From Catajapyx aquilonaris (lineage: Eukaryota), in NCBI GenBank assembly GCA_000934665.2, contig KZ538002.1:1-64000 (forward strand): a stretch of DNA of 64,000 nucleotides, given 5' to 3'. The notes under the pieces were generated by a model that was not told the origin of the DNA, did not search any database, and saw only the letters and a list, made by a program, of their open reading frames with translations. The translations under genes and the position numbers were made by a program. This document shows positions 1 to 10,406 of this stretch, in pieces (the first letter of the stretch is position 1; every line of letters starts with the position of its first letter).

Positions 1-1180
1 TTGCTCTAATGAGTGTCACTACCTTCAGGTGGAAGGACATCATTATCAGCCGACGCCATCTACCTTAGGCTCAGAACTTATTGGACGACCCTCGTATAGC
101 CACTTCAGCAGACTCATCAGTCGCCTCTGAAATATTATTATATCCTCCTGAGTCCCGAGAAGAACTGAGTAATGCAATGTCAGTTCCCATTGCATTTTCG
201 GAACATTTTCGCAATAATAAGAAGCGAGAAAAAAATTACAGTTCTAAAATATTGACAAAAATAATGGTTGTACAACCAATGAGAACAAGCAGAACGGTTG
301 AAATATGAAAATTTAAATGCCACTTAATGGATCACTTACATAGTGCTCTATATATCCTCAAGAGCGATATCCTCCAAACAATGTTATTTTTTACATTCAT
401 TTGCGGAATTCGTGGTAGCAATTAGTCTCAGAAGACAGTTAAAGATAAACTGCAATTATTTTTCAAGGCCAAATCTTCAGGTATATGGATTGCTCCTTCA
501 CTTCTTACCTCCTAGCATGGTACCTCGCTATTCTAGATCTTAAAACTGAACTCTTCAGCGATTTTTTTTCAGATGTCCATTTAAATTGACATTTTGTCTC
601 AGCAGGACAAGAAAATTTTGCCAGTTCTCTATACAGCAACAAAGACGATTGTCACAGACACTTCTCTTATTTGCATTTCCTAACACACATTCTTTGCGAA
701 TCCAAGGACATTCACTGCTTTGACAAAAATCGCACTCTAAATATGAGGGGAAAAAATAAAACTTATCAGCATAGCTTCAGCAGTGGCACCCGCCATTTTC
801 ATGAGTGATTTAATTTTCGCGGCCAAAGTCAGATATTCGGTGGCTGCACCTATAGAGGCAAGTCAAAATCTGTGGCAAAATATAACATGCCTCTTCCTTG
901 AATAAACTTTATTTTCTCAAATTCTCAGAGGCGGCATAATTATTTGGTTCAAAAATATTTTTCTTAAAAAGGTTATTAATATTTCATTTAATATATTGCA
1001 ACTCTTTCGTAGGCCTACGGCTATATAGAAACAATAAGTCGTCCTCATCTTAGGTATGTCTGGGGTTAAAATCAGGCTCCATCTGGAATCAGCTCCCGAC
1101 GACCCGCTTTAGTGAAGCAATAAATTATTATGTCAACACTAATTCGTCGCCAACAGGTCTAATTATAAAATGGTGTACAG

Positions 1181-1340
1181 TCAGGTTGACAGTGGATAAG
1201 GCGTCCAACTGCTAATCGGGAGGTCCGGGTTCGAATCCCGGGGCCGGCAATCCTGAGCGTGGTTTTCCACCCTTCCCTATCCTTGGAGGTCGAAAGGCAA
1301 TGCTGGGCCAACCTCCCTTATATCAATTATAAAGTCAGGT
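1181..1340 (+). mobile_element. tRNA-derived SINE, family C (tRNA-Ser(GCT)-like head), truncated
   Basis: A-box-like gacagtggataagg, ACTGCTAATC anticodon-loop-like segment and B box GGTTCGAATCC. Homologous to the head at ~57430-57503 (-). Confidence 0.6.
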
Positions 1341-1760
1341 TGACACAAATGACCGTAATGATGTTAAGGGGGGTATGCCGTAATATGCGGTCCGCATGGT
1401 TATACAAGTAGGCTACTGATGGATTACGGAAACTTGAAATTTTTTGAATAATATCGGAATTAATGACACTTTACATTCTACACATCAAATTCAGTAATAT
1501 TCAGTAATATCGGCGTATCGATATTTCACTTCCACTACCACACGCAGAACCGCGCAGAACGCACTACCCGCGCACTACCAAAGCCCACGGACACTACCCC
1601 TACAGTCTTATCTTATCGCCTGCCGGGGCGTTTGCATGGGGTGCTCACTTGAGAGCGCCACGAGACCTTTCACTGCTGGATTATGTGGCGACCCTACCGG
1701 ACTACGCTGAACTTTACAGGTACAAAAGGGAAGCGCCCAGGAAGCGCTACATTGGGGGAC

Positions 1761-1769
1761 CAACGAGAT

Positions 1770-1865
<96 letters not shown>

Positions 1866-2562
1866 CCGGGGTAGTGCTTGACCTCATCTGAGGTATGCAG
1901 CACAGACCTTTATTTATTATGGCAAGCACATTGGAGCCTTATTTATACGTAACGCCCGGGCCCACGGGCAGAATGACAGGAGGGGATGTGCAAGGTGCGC
2001 AGTGCAATGTCTCTTATCCGTGGCCATTTTTAGTGAACTCCCCCGGGTGGCTTAGTCTGTGGAAATACCACCCGAGACGAAGCCAGAGGTGACCCTGAAC
2101 TCTGCACGAGATGAAGGGGGTGTCCCCGGGTTGGGATCGAACCCGGGAGCCGGGACCTTAACATCCGTGGGCGCATACATTACTGCATCGCCACTCCGTC
2201 TCCCCGACCAACGAGATATAAATAAGATAGAGGCCGTAAAGGTCGTCCTTCTTTGGCGGCCATGCCACTTCACGGCAAGAACACGACGCGCGAATTTGAA
2301 TTTGTCGTATTTCTAACCCTGTTCTCCTCTGTCTACACTCCTGCCTCCTGGCGGGGCTGGGAATAAATGGTGACTTTCATCTAGCTTTCATCAGACTGCG
2401 TTTTATTCCCAGCCCCGTCCCGCCAGGAGGCAGGAGTGTAGACAGAGGAGAACAGGGTTAGAAATACGACAATTTCGAAGTTCTTGCCGTGAAGTGTCAT
2501 GGCCGCCAATTGCATCAAAGATGGCCGACATTTACGGCCTCTATCCTATTTATATCTCGTTG
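1761..2562. mobile_element. Non-autonomous foldback DNA transposon with CA..TG ends and 8-bp TSD (P-element-like or hAT)
   Basis: Ends CAACGAGATATAAATA / TATTTATATCTCGTTG. TSD TGGGGGAC at 1753-1760 and 2563-2570. Arms ~2210-2367 and ~2402-2562 are inverted copies. Confidence 0.75.
1772..2206 (-). mobile_element. tRNA-derived SINE, family B, with long (ATT)n tail
   Basis: Head ggggagacggagtggcg...gggttcgatccc; tail is (AAT)n on the + strand at 1772-1865; TSD GACCAACGAGATAT at 1758-1771 and 2207-2220. Confidence 0.8.
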
Positions 2563-2914
2563 TGGGGGACCCAACATGGTCGCCGGCGGCTATATTGGGC
2601 CCGCATGTAGCGGCTACGCTTCTACCTAACTTCAGCGTAGTCCGGTAGGGTCGCCACATATTCCAGCAGTGAAAAGCTGTCTCATGGCGCTCTCAAGTGA
2701 GCACCTCATGCAAAACGCCCCGGAAGGTGATAAGTGGGAGTGACCAGACCTGAGTATTCTAAGATCATGCACTACCACCCTCACAGAGATAGCGATACGA
2801 TTTCTGTGTACAGTACCACCCATAACCATTCCCCATGGAGTCCTTGATGGAGCCCATGGAGGTATACGTATAAATCTGACGTAATATTCTCTGTTAGTAC
2901 GCCGCCTAGCCGCT

Positions 2915-2988
2915 AATGAAAGTACGTGGTGTCACGAGGGGACTGCGATCCAAACTCATTGCTCATGACCCTCATGACATTGACAAAG
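2915..2988 (+). other. Candidate non-coding first exon of FAXDC2
   Basis: Strong donor AAG|GTAAGT at 2988/2989 in a CpG-containing stretch. The FAXDC2 ATG exon has an acceptor (ttggCAGCAGCAG, 10390-10398), so an upstream exon is needed. The 5' boundary is unknown. Confidence 0.4.
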
Positions 2989-4615
2989 GTAAGTTTAGGA
3001 GCGGTAGTTCCACTCTCCCTCGCCAGAATTGAGAATACCGCCGTATAACGACAATACGACATCTGTTGTGTAGGAGTCGCCGCCTCGCCGGTAATATTGC
3101 ATTGCAATTTGCAAGTCGCAAAGGTGCCAGCTCCTGCTCCTCACCTCGTCACCTGATGATACTTGATCATGCCTGATCGCCATGTACAGTACCTGAAGGA
3201 GTGAAGGTGCCGGATCGTGTGCCTGATCAACCAAAGGATTTGGTTGCAATCATTAACGACAGTTTGTAATTTACTGAAAAGCCCACGTTTCATATAACTA
3301 AGTATAAATGCTTGATGCTTCTGAGCTATGTGACTAATACAATCATATGAAATGCCTTATATTCTACCACGGTGTGCACGGTCAAAACGTCGAAACCGGA
3401 AGAGTGCATGGTACCGTGTAATCCTTTTCCGTTACCCCTTTTTCTTCCACATGTCCAGTGACTTTCGACATGTGAAGGCCTATTATTTTCCCACTCTTTT
3501 TCTTCTTCGTCACATGAAATGCTTTTCTTCCTCGAAAAAGTGACCTTTATACTGCCAATTGTAGCCTATAACAAGTGTGGTGTTTTGCTGCTTCTAAAGT
3601 GTAACTGAATTAAACCATTATTGATTTACATTGGAGACTATTTCACAGATGCATATGTTAGTGTGAACCTCGAGAATGTTTGGGGAGTTGGTGGTTGTTG
3701 TTGTTGTTTCCGGAGGGGGGGGGGGGGAAGNAGCTGAACTTAGCCTGCTTCTTTTTCTAGCATGTTGATGTTTCATAGCTGAAAATATAGGGTAGGCTGA
3801 TGGGTTTTCCAGCCTGGTGGAATTATCGATATCATATGCATTATATGGCGCACAGGGATGACAGTAGAACTCCTATTATCCGTCACCCAGGGGGCAGGCC
3901 CGGTCGGATAATCCGAGGAGTATAAAACTTTAATGAAACACAACAAAAACACGCAAACAGGAAACAATGTACAATACAGGATAACTCGAAAGTCTGGATT
4001 AATGTTGTAAAAAAGCCGGAAATTTTGACTGCCGGAAAAAAACTGTTTTGGGGAAAAATTGGGTTTTCTCCTAACATATTTACTTTTTTAACAATTTTAT
4101 GGGCTTTTTATGCACACTATCAAGGTCTTATTATATCCCACTGTTCAGAAAATTTCAATTATTAATATTAATACCAGAATTAAATTGAAGAAAACGAACT
4201 ACACTGCATTAAAGCCTATTTTGCGAAAACAATGTATGTGAAAAAATGTTTCTTTTCAGGAGACACAAAAAGCATTCCCCGCTCTTCAAAATAAGACTTT
4301 CACAAATCTAAAAAATAGTGTCTTATGGACACACAAACACTGATGTGACATATAATGACACGAATTTCCAATATGTGCGAGCTGGAAAAAATTCCAGAAG
4401 AAAATTGACATATGCTGTTCTTACGTGAAAGTTGGAATAATGATTCATAAATTTCCACTTTTGGTTGTTTCATTAAGAAATACGTGATTTTCATCATGAG
4501 GATGTACCTGTTGATTCCTACACATTATCAATATCAATATCTGCAAGTGGTAGTAATTTTGGAAAAAATTCCAGGCGGATATTGACATAATTATGTAGTA
4601 GGCCTAACGATGACG

Positions 4616-5005
4616 GAAAAAATAGAGGGTCAAAAAATCACAACTCCAATCCTGTAGCAAGTGGAACTGTGAGGTTTTGAACATAGATCTGAACCATCCT
4701 ACTGCACCTGCGGCCCTTCGAAGAAGAAACCGAATTCGGAATAGTTATTGAGCAAAAAAATAAAAAATGTGTTTTTTAGTGGTTTTAAATTTTTTAGCGT
4801 CGTTTTAAGGAGGAATTCAGTTTAGCTGTAAATGGTAGGAATGCACTTCACAACGGTGGGGATCTGTGTTCAAATTTTGGAAGTGCTACCTGCAGCAGAA
4901 CTTGAGTTAGGGCGAATAAAAAAAACATAAGATGATGTTGGAAAAATTAATTTTGAAAATTGTTGTACGGTCTTACATAGGGGCTACCGCCCCTAAAATT
5001 CATAA
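4616..5005. repeat. Interspersed repeat, direct copy at ~8226-8610
   Basis: Long collinear similarity, e.g. aaaaaatcacaactccaatcctgtagca...cagcagaacttgagttagggcgaataaaaaaaac...ctaccgcccctaaaat. Confidence 0.75.
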
Positions 5006-5129
5006 AAAATTCATGATTTTAATTACCAGAGAGTGGTATATTGATTCCTACACATCTTCAGAGGCACTATTTTTATGATTTCATCCATCATTAATGATCT
5101 TACCATTGATGATCTTTCATGCAACAGTA

Positions 5130-5880
5130 CGCGGTGGGGCAAAAGTCATGGGCGGATTATACGCAGCATGGCATAAGTAACGAACAATTATATATTTTTT
5201 ATATTACACTACACAGAGAAAGATATGCCATTTATGGATCAAGGTCCAAAAAAGTCACTTCTTGAAAACAACAACAAAGGATGGATGTCCATCTTTGCGG
5301 CCTACACATTATTCCTCCAAGCGCCGGACGAAACCCTTCATAACGCAGTCATAACGCACTCCAGCATGTCCAGGGGAATGTTTCTCACGGCATATCTTAT
5401 CTGATCCTTAAGATCAGCCAATGTCTAAGGACGTGTGGCGAACACCAAACTCTTCAGGTATACCCCCACAAGAAGAAGTCGGGGGTGGTCAAATCCGGTG
5501 ACCGCGGCAGCCATGGAATGTCCCCAAATCTCGAAATGACCCGCCCAGGAAACATTTGACTTTTAATTTGTTTGGTGTTCACCACACCTCCTCAGTCATT
5601 GGCTGCTCTTAAGGATCAGATAAGACGAGCCGTGAGAAACATTCATCTGGACATGCTGGAGCGCTTTATGAAGGGTTTTGTCCGTGCTTGGGGGAATATT
5701 GTGTTGCCCGCAAAGGTGGACATCTATCCGGTGTTGTTTTCAAGAAGTGACTTTTTTGGACCTCGATCCATAAATGGCATATCTTTCTCTGTGTAGTGTA
5801 ATTTTTTTAAATATAAATGTTCGTTACTTACGCCATGCTGATGCGTCTTTTCAATCGCCCATGACTTTTGCCCCACCTTG
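5130..5880. mobile_element. Tc1/mariner-derived palindromic element made of two transposase 3' ends
   Basis: TA-flanked TIRs (ggtggggcaaaagtcatgggcg). The minus strand at 5555-5370 reads MFPGRVISRFGDIPWLPRSPDLTTPDFFLWG/YLKSLVF...LKDQIR; the plus strand at 5572-5796 reads the same C-terminal region. Confidence 0.8.
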
Positions 5881-6206
5881 TATAAGGGTTTGACCATCAG
5901 CAGGAAGGTGCAGTGATAAAAATAATAATAAAACAACATTGACAAAACCTTTGTATTTCGACCCTTCCTGGCTACTCCGTCATAGTAGACATAACATATG
6001 TCATCATTATTGCACTTCTTCTATAACTTACTCTGGTCCATGGCAATGATTTTGTTACATGAACGATTTTAGCTGTTTCTTATGCATTCATAGGCGCTGA
6101 TTTTATATACAGTATGAATTAATCAGAAATTTTCTATCACCATCCATTTTCGTGTAATAAACCTACCTTTTTTCTAGAAAGTGCACTGCACATTGCTCAA
6201 CAACAC

Positions 6207-6438
6207 CAGAGGTCGAAATATTGGGATGCAAAGGTGCAATTTGCACTCCAAAATTGTCATCTACACTCCAAACCGAGCCTTGGAGTGCAAAGCTTGCACT
6301 CCAATTGGCTCTGCTTTTAAACATGGCTATACCCAGTAATTAGAAATTCAGCACTCCAAGTAAGCGAATTGCACTTCAGATTAAAGTCTGGAGTGCAAAC
6401 TTTGCATCTGGACAAAAATTTTAAAATTCGACCCCCTG
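6207..6438. mobile_element. hAT-like MITE with internal TGCACTCCA repeats
   Basis: Ends CAGAGGTCGAAAT / AATTCGACCCCCTG; internal TGCACTCCA/TGGAGTGCA motifs in both orientations; no clear TSD. Confidence 0.5.
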
Positions 6439-6507
6439 AGACACCTTATGCATGTTTTAAAACCTATATGCGGGAGTGTTATATCGAGGTTTTACTGTAA
6501 TAATATT

Positions 6508-6508
6508 A

Positions 6509-6573
<65 letters not shown>
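6508..6573. repeat. (GAT)n microsatellite
   Basis: Direct reading. Confidence 0.95.
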
Positions 6574-6651
6574 ATAAATAAATGAATAGGTTAATTTCAA
6601 AATATTGTATCTCCCATCAAATCACCTTGGACTTGATTTCTTTTCCTAGTT

Positions 6652-7451
6652 AAATTAGATCAAAAACTTTCCCTTCAGTAAAAAAAAGAGAAGTAAGACC
6701 TCCGTGGCGGAATAAAAGTACTGAAACAAGGCAGGCGCACGTAAGACCTTCACCAATTGATTTAAGCTGTACCATAGGTCTTACTCAAGCAATTACCAAT
6801 TTACTACTCATGAAATCTCCTTTCTGAAAACAAATTTGTGGAATATTTCTGTCGTACTACTAGCTACTTCTAACTTAGCAGTACCAGTGTAGTGCAATGG
6901 TATACTGCTAAGTTAGCAGTAACTACAGACCTATAGTTAATAGTAATAGTAGTACGACGAAATTTCCATCCATTAATTTTCCATGAGCCACTCCATATAA
7001 GTGTTTTATGAAATTAGGAGCTTCAATATTAAGCGCATTGAATTTCTATGCGATTATGCAAATTATTGCTATGAAACATTTATGCAGAATCGTCACCTCT
7101 TTTAGATGCTGATTTTAACTCTAACATTTAATTTTTCACATATAAACGTTAATTGGTGAATTTTAGAGGGTCTTTTTCGATTGGACCAAGTCTGTTAGAA
7201 TGGGTTTAGTTTTCCCCCCATTTTTTTTCCTTTCATAATAAAATCCTACCTACTGCTCTGAGTAGTTTGCAGCAGTCATTTTACGAGACGTTCCATACCG
7301 TACCTGAGAATTGCTTGAGTAAGACCTATGGTACAGCTTAAATCAATTGGTGAAGGTCTTACGTGCGCCTGCCTTGTTTCAGTACTTTTATTCCGCCGCG
7401 GAGGTCTTACTTCTCTTTTTTTTACTGAAGGGAAAGTTTTTGATCTAATTT
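6652..7451. repeat. 143-bp near-perfect inverted repeat (arms 6652-6794 and 7309-7451)
   Basis: Arms are reverse complements with one mismatch seen by eye (ccgtggcgg vs ccgcggcgg). Confidence 0.9.
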
Positions 7452-7640
7452 CAGTTCTTTTTTGACAGTACACATAACTTATGCTCTACACTATACAGTC
7501 TGCACTATGAATCCATTGGTGACGATTTTCGTCGCTTAGAAGTTCCTAAAATTATTTTCACCGAGATAGTCGTAAAAAAACGATAGTCGAGTGCTACCAG
7601 CCAACGGTTAGTCTGATTTAATTAGTCTGGCTTAATAGTA

Positions 7641-8079
7641 CAGTTGAATCCGGATAAAACAAACTTCAAGAGACTGCGAAAAAAGTATGTTATAACCGAG
7701 CTCTGTTATAGCCGAATCGTCACGCAACGAAAACATAAATTTCTGATTTCCATATGGCTGTACTATGCACTATACTAGACAACCTACTGATTAATGAAAT
7801 CTGTCACAAATGCAATATTGGCTCACCCGAAAATTATGCAGGACCAAATTATCCAAAATTTCCTTCTGCCGCCTCCTTTTTGCATTTTATACCTGGAAAA
7901 CAATACTGTATTTTCCCACTGAGGGTTTAAGAAAATAATGGTCTGTCATACCGGAGGTGAGGTGAAAATGAGTCTGTTACATCAGGAGTGCAAATACACA
8001 GTGCCTAATGGAATCATGCTGGGACGGCCTTTATAACCAAGTCTGTTATAGCCGAGGCTGTTATATCCGGATTCAACTG
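7641..8079. mobile_element. pogo/Tigger-like MITE
   Basis: TIR CAGTTGAATCCGGATA / TATCCGGATTCAACTG, TA on the left, subterminal gttata(a/g)ccga repeats. Confidence 0.7.
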
Positions 8080-8225
8080 CAAATCTGTAATAAGTGCAAT
8101 GCGTTCACACCAGCGCCAGGGTAACATTTGGCTAATAACAATATGGCTAGTGGGTAAACAAGATTGTCGTTTCTAGGTGATGGGATTATGAACAAATGAA
8201 TTAATGACAGAAAAATAACAGGTAA

Positions 8226-8610
8226 AAAAATCACAGCTCCAATCCTGTAGCAGTGGGAACTGTGAGATTTTGAACATAGATCCGCACCATCCCACTGCAC
8301 CTTCGACCTTTTGATGAAGGAACCAAATTCCGAATAGTTATTGAGCAAAAAAATATAGACGTATTTTTTGGTGGGTTTAAATTTGTTGCGGCGTTTTGAA
8401 GAGGAATTGAGTTTAGCCGTAAATGGTAGGAATGCACTTCACGATGGTGGGCATCTGTGTTCAAAATTTGGAAGCTCTACCTACAGCAGAACTTGAGTTA
8501 GGGCGAATAAAAAAAACGTAACAACAACAAGAAGAAAAAGAAGATGTTGAAGAAATTCATTGTTGAAATCTATGCTACGGTCTTACTTAAGGGCTATCGC
8601 CCTTAAAATA
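8226..8610. repeat. Interspersed repeat, direct copy of ~4616-5005
   Basis: Collinear match to 4616-5005. Confidence 0.75.
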
Positions 8611-8795
8611 TACTGACATTACTTGTACATTCTTTCCCAAAAAAATATGCTGCTTGGTTACAGGCAATTTTAGGTCGAAAATTGTTACCATAACAAGGCA
8701 TTGCAGGATCCCCTCTTTAAACAGTTTTGAAAAAATCAATAAAAGTGCAATTTAAAAAAATTCAGTGAAAATCCAGGACACCGTGTCCTGCGATA

Positions 8796-9507
8796 CAGTG
8801 AAACCTGTCTATGTTGGACACTGATAGTTCTAGGAATTGTCTAACATAGGGAGGAGTCCAACATATTCGGATTTCAATCTCTCGGGTTTCATAGTGAAGT
8901 TAGTACGAGTAATTACTGTGCAGTATTCATCCAGTAATCAACTTCCGAGCATGTTTTATTATTTTCGGTACAGTATACAGCACAGTGTATTGTACATGGA
9001 ATTTCTGAAACTGGCCTACTTTTTGGTTCATAAATTGGTAACTACTGACTGGTTTAATCAGAGAAATTTCAATTTTCTTTTGGGCAGCAAAAATGTTGTC
9101 AATAAGAGAGGCATGCCAAAGCATAAAGTTATAATTTTTTAAATGCACTCAAGATTTTACAGTGTCTTCATCTTCTGATGATTTACTTAGCATATGCTGC
9201 AACACCTGATTCAGCACCTCATCTGCATTGCCACCATATTCATCCTCCGTTGTCAGGATATTGTCATACAGTTGACAAAATATCATTTGAAGACATGAAG
9301 GCATGCTTCACAAATGTATGCAGAGCTCAGCATGGCTCAAGGTTTAGAGAGAAAAAAAATGAGAATTCATGTAGAGTAAATGTGAAAATTGTCCAACTTT
9401 CAAGATAGAGAGGTGTCCAATTTAGCAACATTACAGAGGATAGGCTTTTTGAAGGTTCAAAAAATAATGCCCAACATAGGGAGTTCGCCAACTTCACAAG
9501 TTTCATG
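8796..9507. mobile_element. Degenerate pogo/Tigger-like non-autonomous element
   Basis: TA|CAGTGAAACCTGT left end, AAGTTTCATG|TA right end, repeated gtccaac/ccaacataggga subterminal motifs. Confidence 0.5.
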
Positions 9508-10406
9508 TACTTTTTTTAAAAAATTCTTCAATTCTTCCAACAACCATCAACAATTCCCCAAAAGACTGTCATATGGTCTTCGCATTTTTACGATCACGGT
9601 TATGTTTAATGTAAGTGCTCTTACAGCTCTCTATGTCGACACCGGTCGATACTGAGAGAGGTATGGTCACTCCTTGGATGAGCAGAGCTTTCATTGTTAG
9701 ACACAATAATATTGAAGCAAATGTTGCAATGGCAGTTTTAATATCATTCCTGTCTGAAGAAATAGCCGATACATTATTGGACCGTATAATGGGCGTATTA
9801 TTGCGCCCCACGCGATATAAAAAATTCGCGAACTTACGATTGCCATGAAATCATTGTTAAAAATTTGGCGCAGGCCACGAATGCAATGTCTGCAGATGTC
9901 AGCAGGCACAAATTACTCGCCCAATTATATCACATTTAGTAAGTTAATGGCTCTGAAACTAAAATTAATACAAATAACATATACAAATTTACTTAAATAA
10001 CTTGATAATGTTGATTTATTTGCCCCAATTGCAACTGCGCAGGTCGATAGGGCTCTTGAGGAGTAGTGCACTATACATGGTAGGGTGCGGATGTTGAATT
10101 TGGACGCTGCCACCCTCTGCCTAAGTTCGAGATTGACGCATAAACTGTTGAATCGTGTGCAAAGTTACTCTAGTTAGGTACAATCTCAGTGCAGTCGTTC
10201 CTTGATCAACGTTCATTCACAGCTGCAGGCACGTGCTGATAAAGCAACTAGCCAGGTGACTGTCTCCTTCACGTTCGCTCCTCCCTCGTTGTCTCATGAC
10301 CTGTTGTTATCTCAAGGTCACCTTTGTTTTGTGCTTGCATAGGATTTGGGGACGTGCCATATATAAAATCTTGTGTGCTTCTGTCTTGGCAGCAGCAGAT
10401 ACCACC

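Larger units (their letters stand above)
1618..2735. mobile_element. Foldback/MITE with ~100-bp inverted arms, interrupted by nested insertions
   Basis: 1618-1712 is the reverse complement of ~2630-2735 (gtggcgaccctaccggactacgctgaa / ttcagcgtagtccggtagggtcgccac). A related copy lies at ~12520-13020. Confidence 0.65.

Noticed and set aside
1..805. Possible minus-strand exons near the window start
   Set aside because: Splice-like signals are present but frames contain stops and I recognise no protein; probably decayed TE or non-coding.
1181..1250. Apparent tRNA-Ser(GCT) gene, and tRNA-like segments at 56939, 61573, 47597 and 55721
   Set aside because: No complete cloverleaf; they continue into repeated bodies with tails and TSDs, so they are SINE heads.
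1530..1600. CACTACC motifs with short spacers, superficially CRISPR-like
   Set aside because: Repeats are only ~7 bp, irregular, in a eukaryotic TE context, with no cas genes.
1683..1903. Poly-N/poly-L ORFs, and the poly-Y/I/L ORFs at 57478-57859
   Set aside because: Translations of trinucleotide microsatellites.
3713..3731. G-run ending in an N
   Set aside because: Probable sequencing or assembly ambiguity.
9560..10110. Possible Tc1 transposase N-terminal remnant
   Set aside because: Too degenerate to define ends or motifs by eye.
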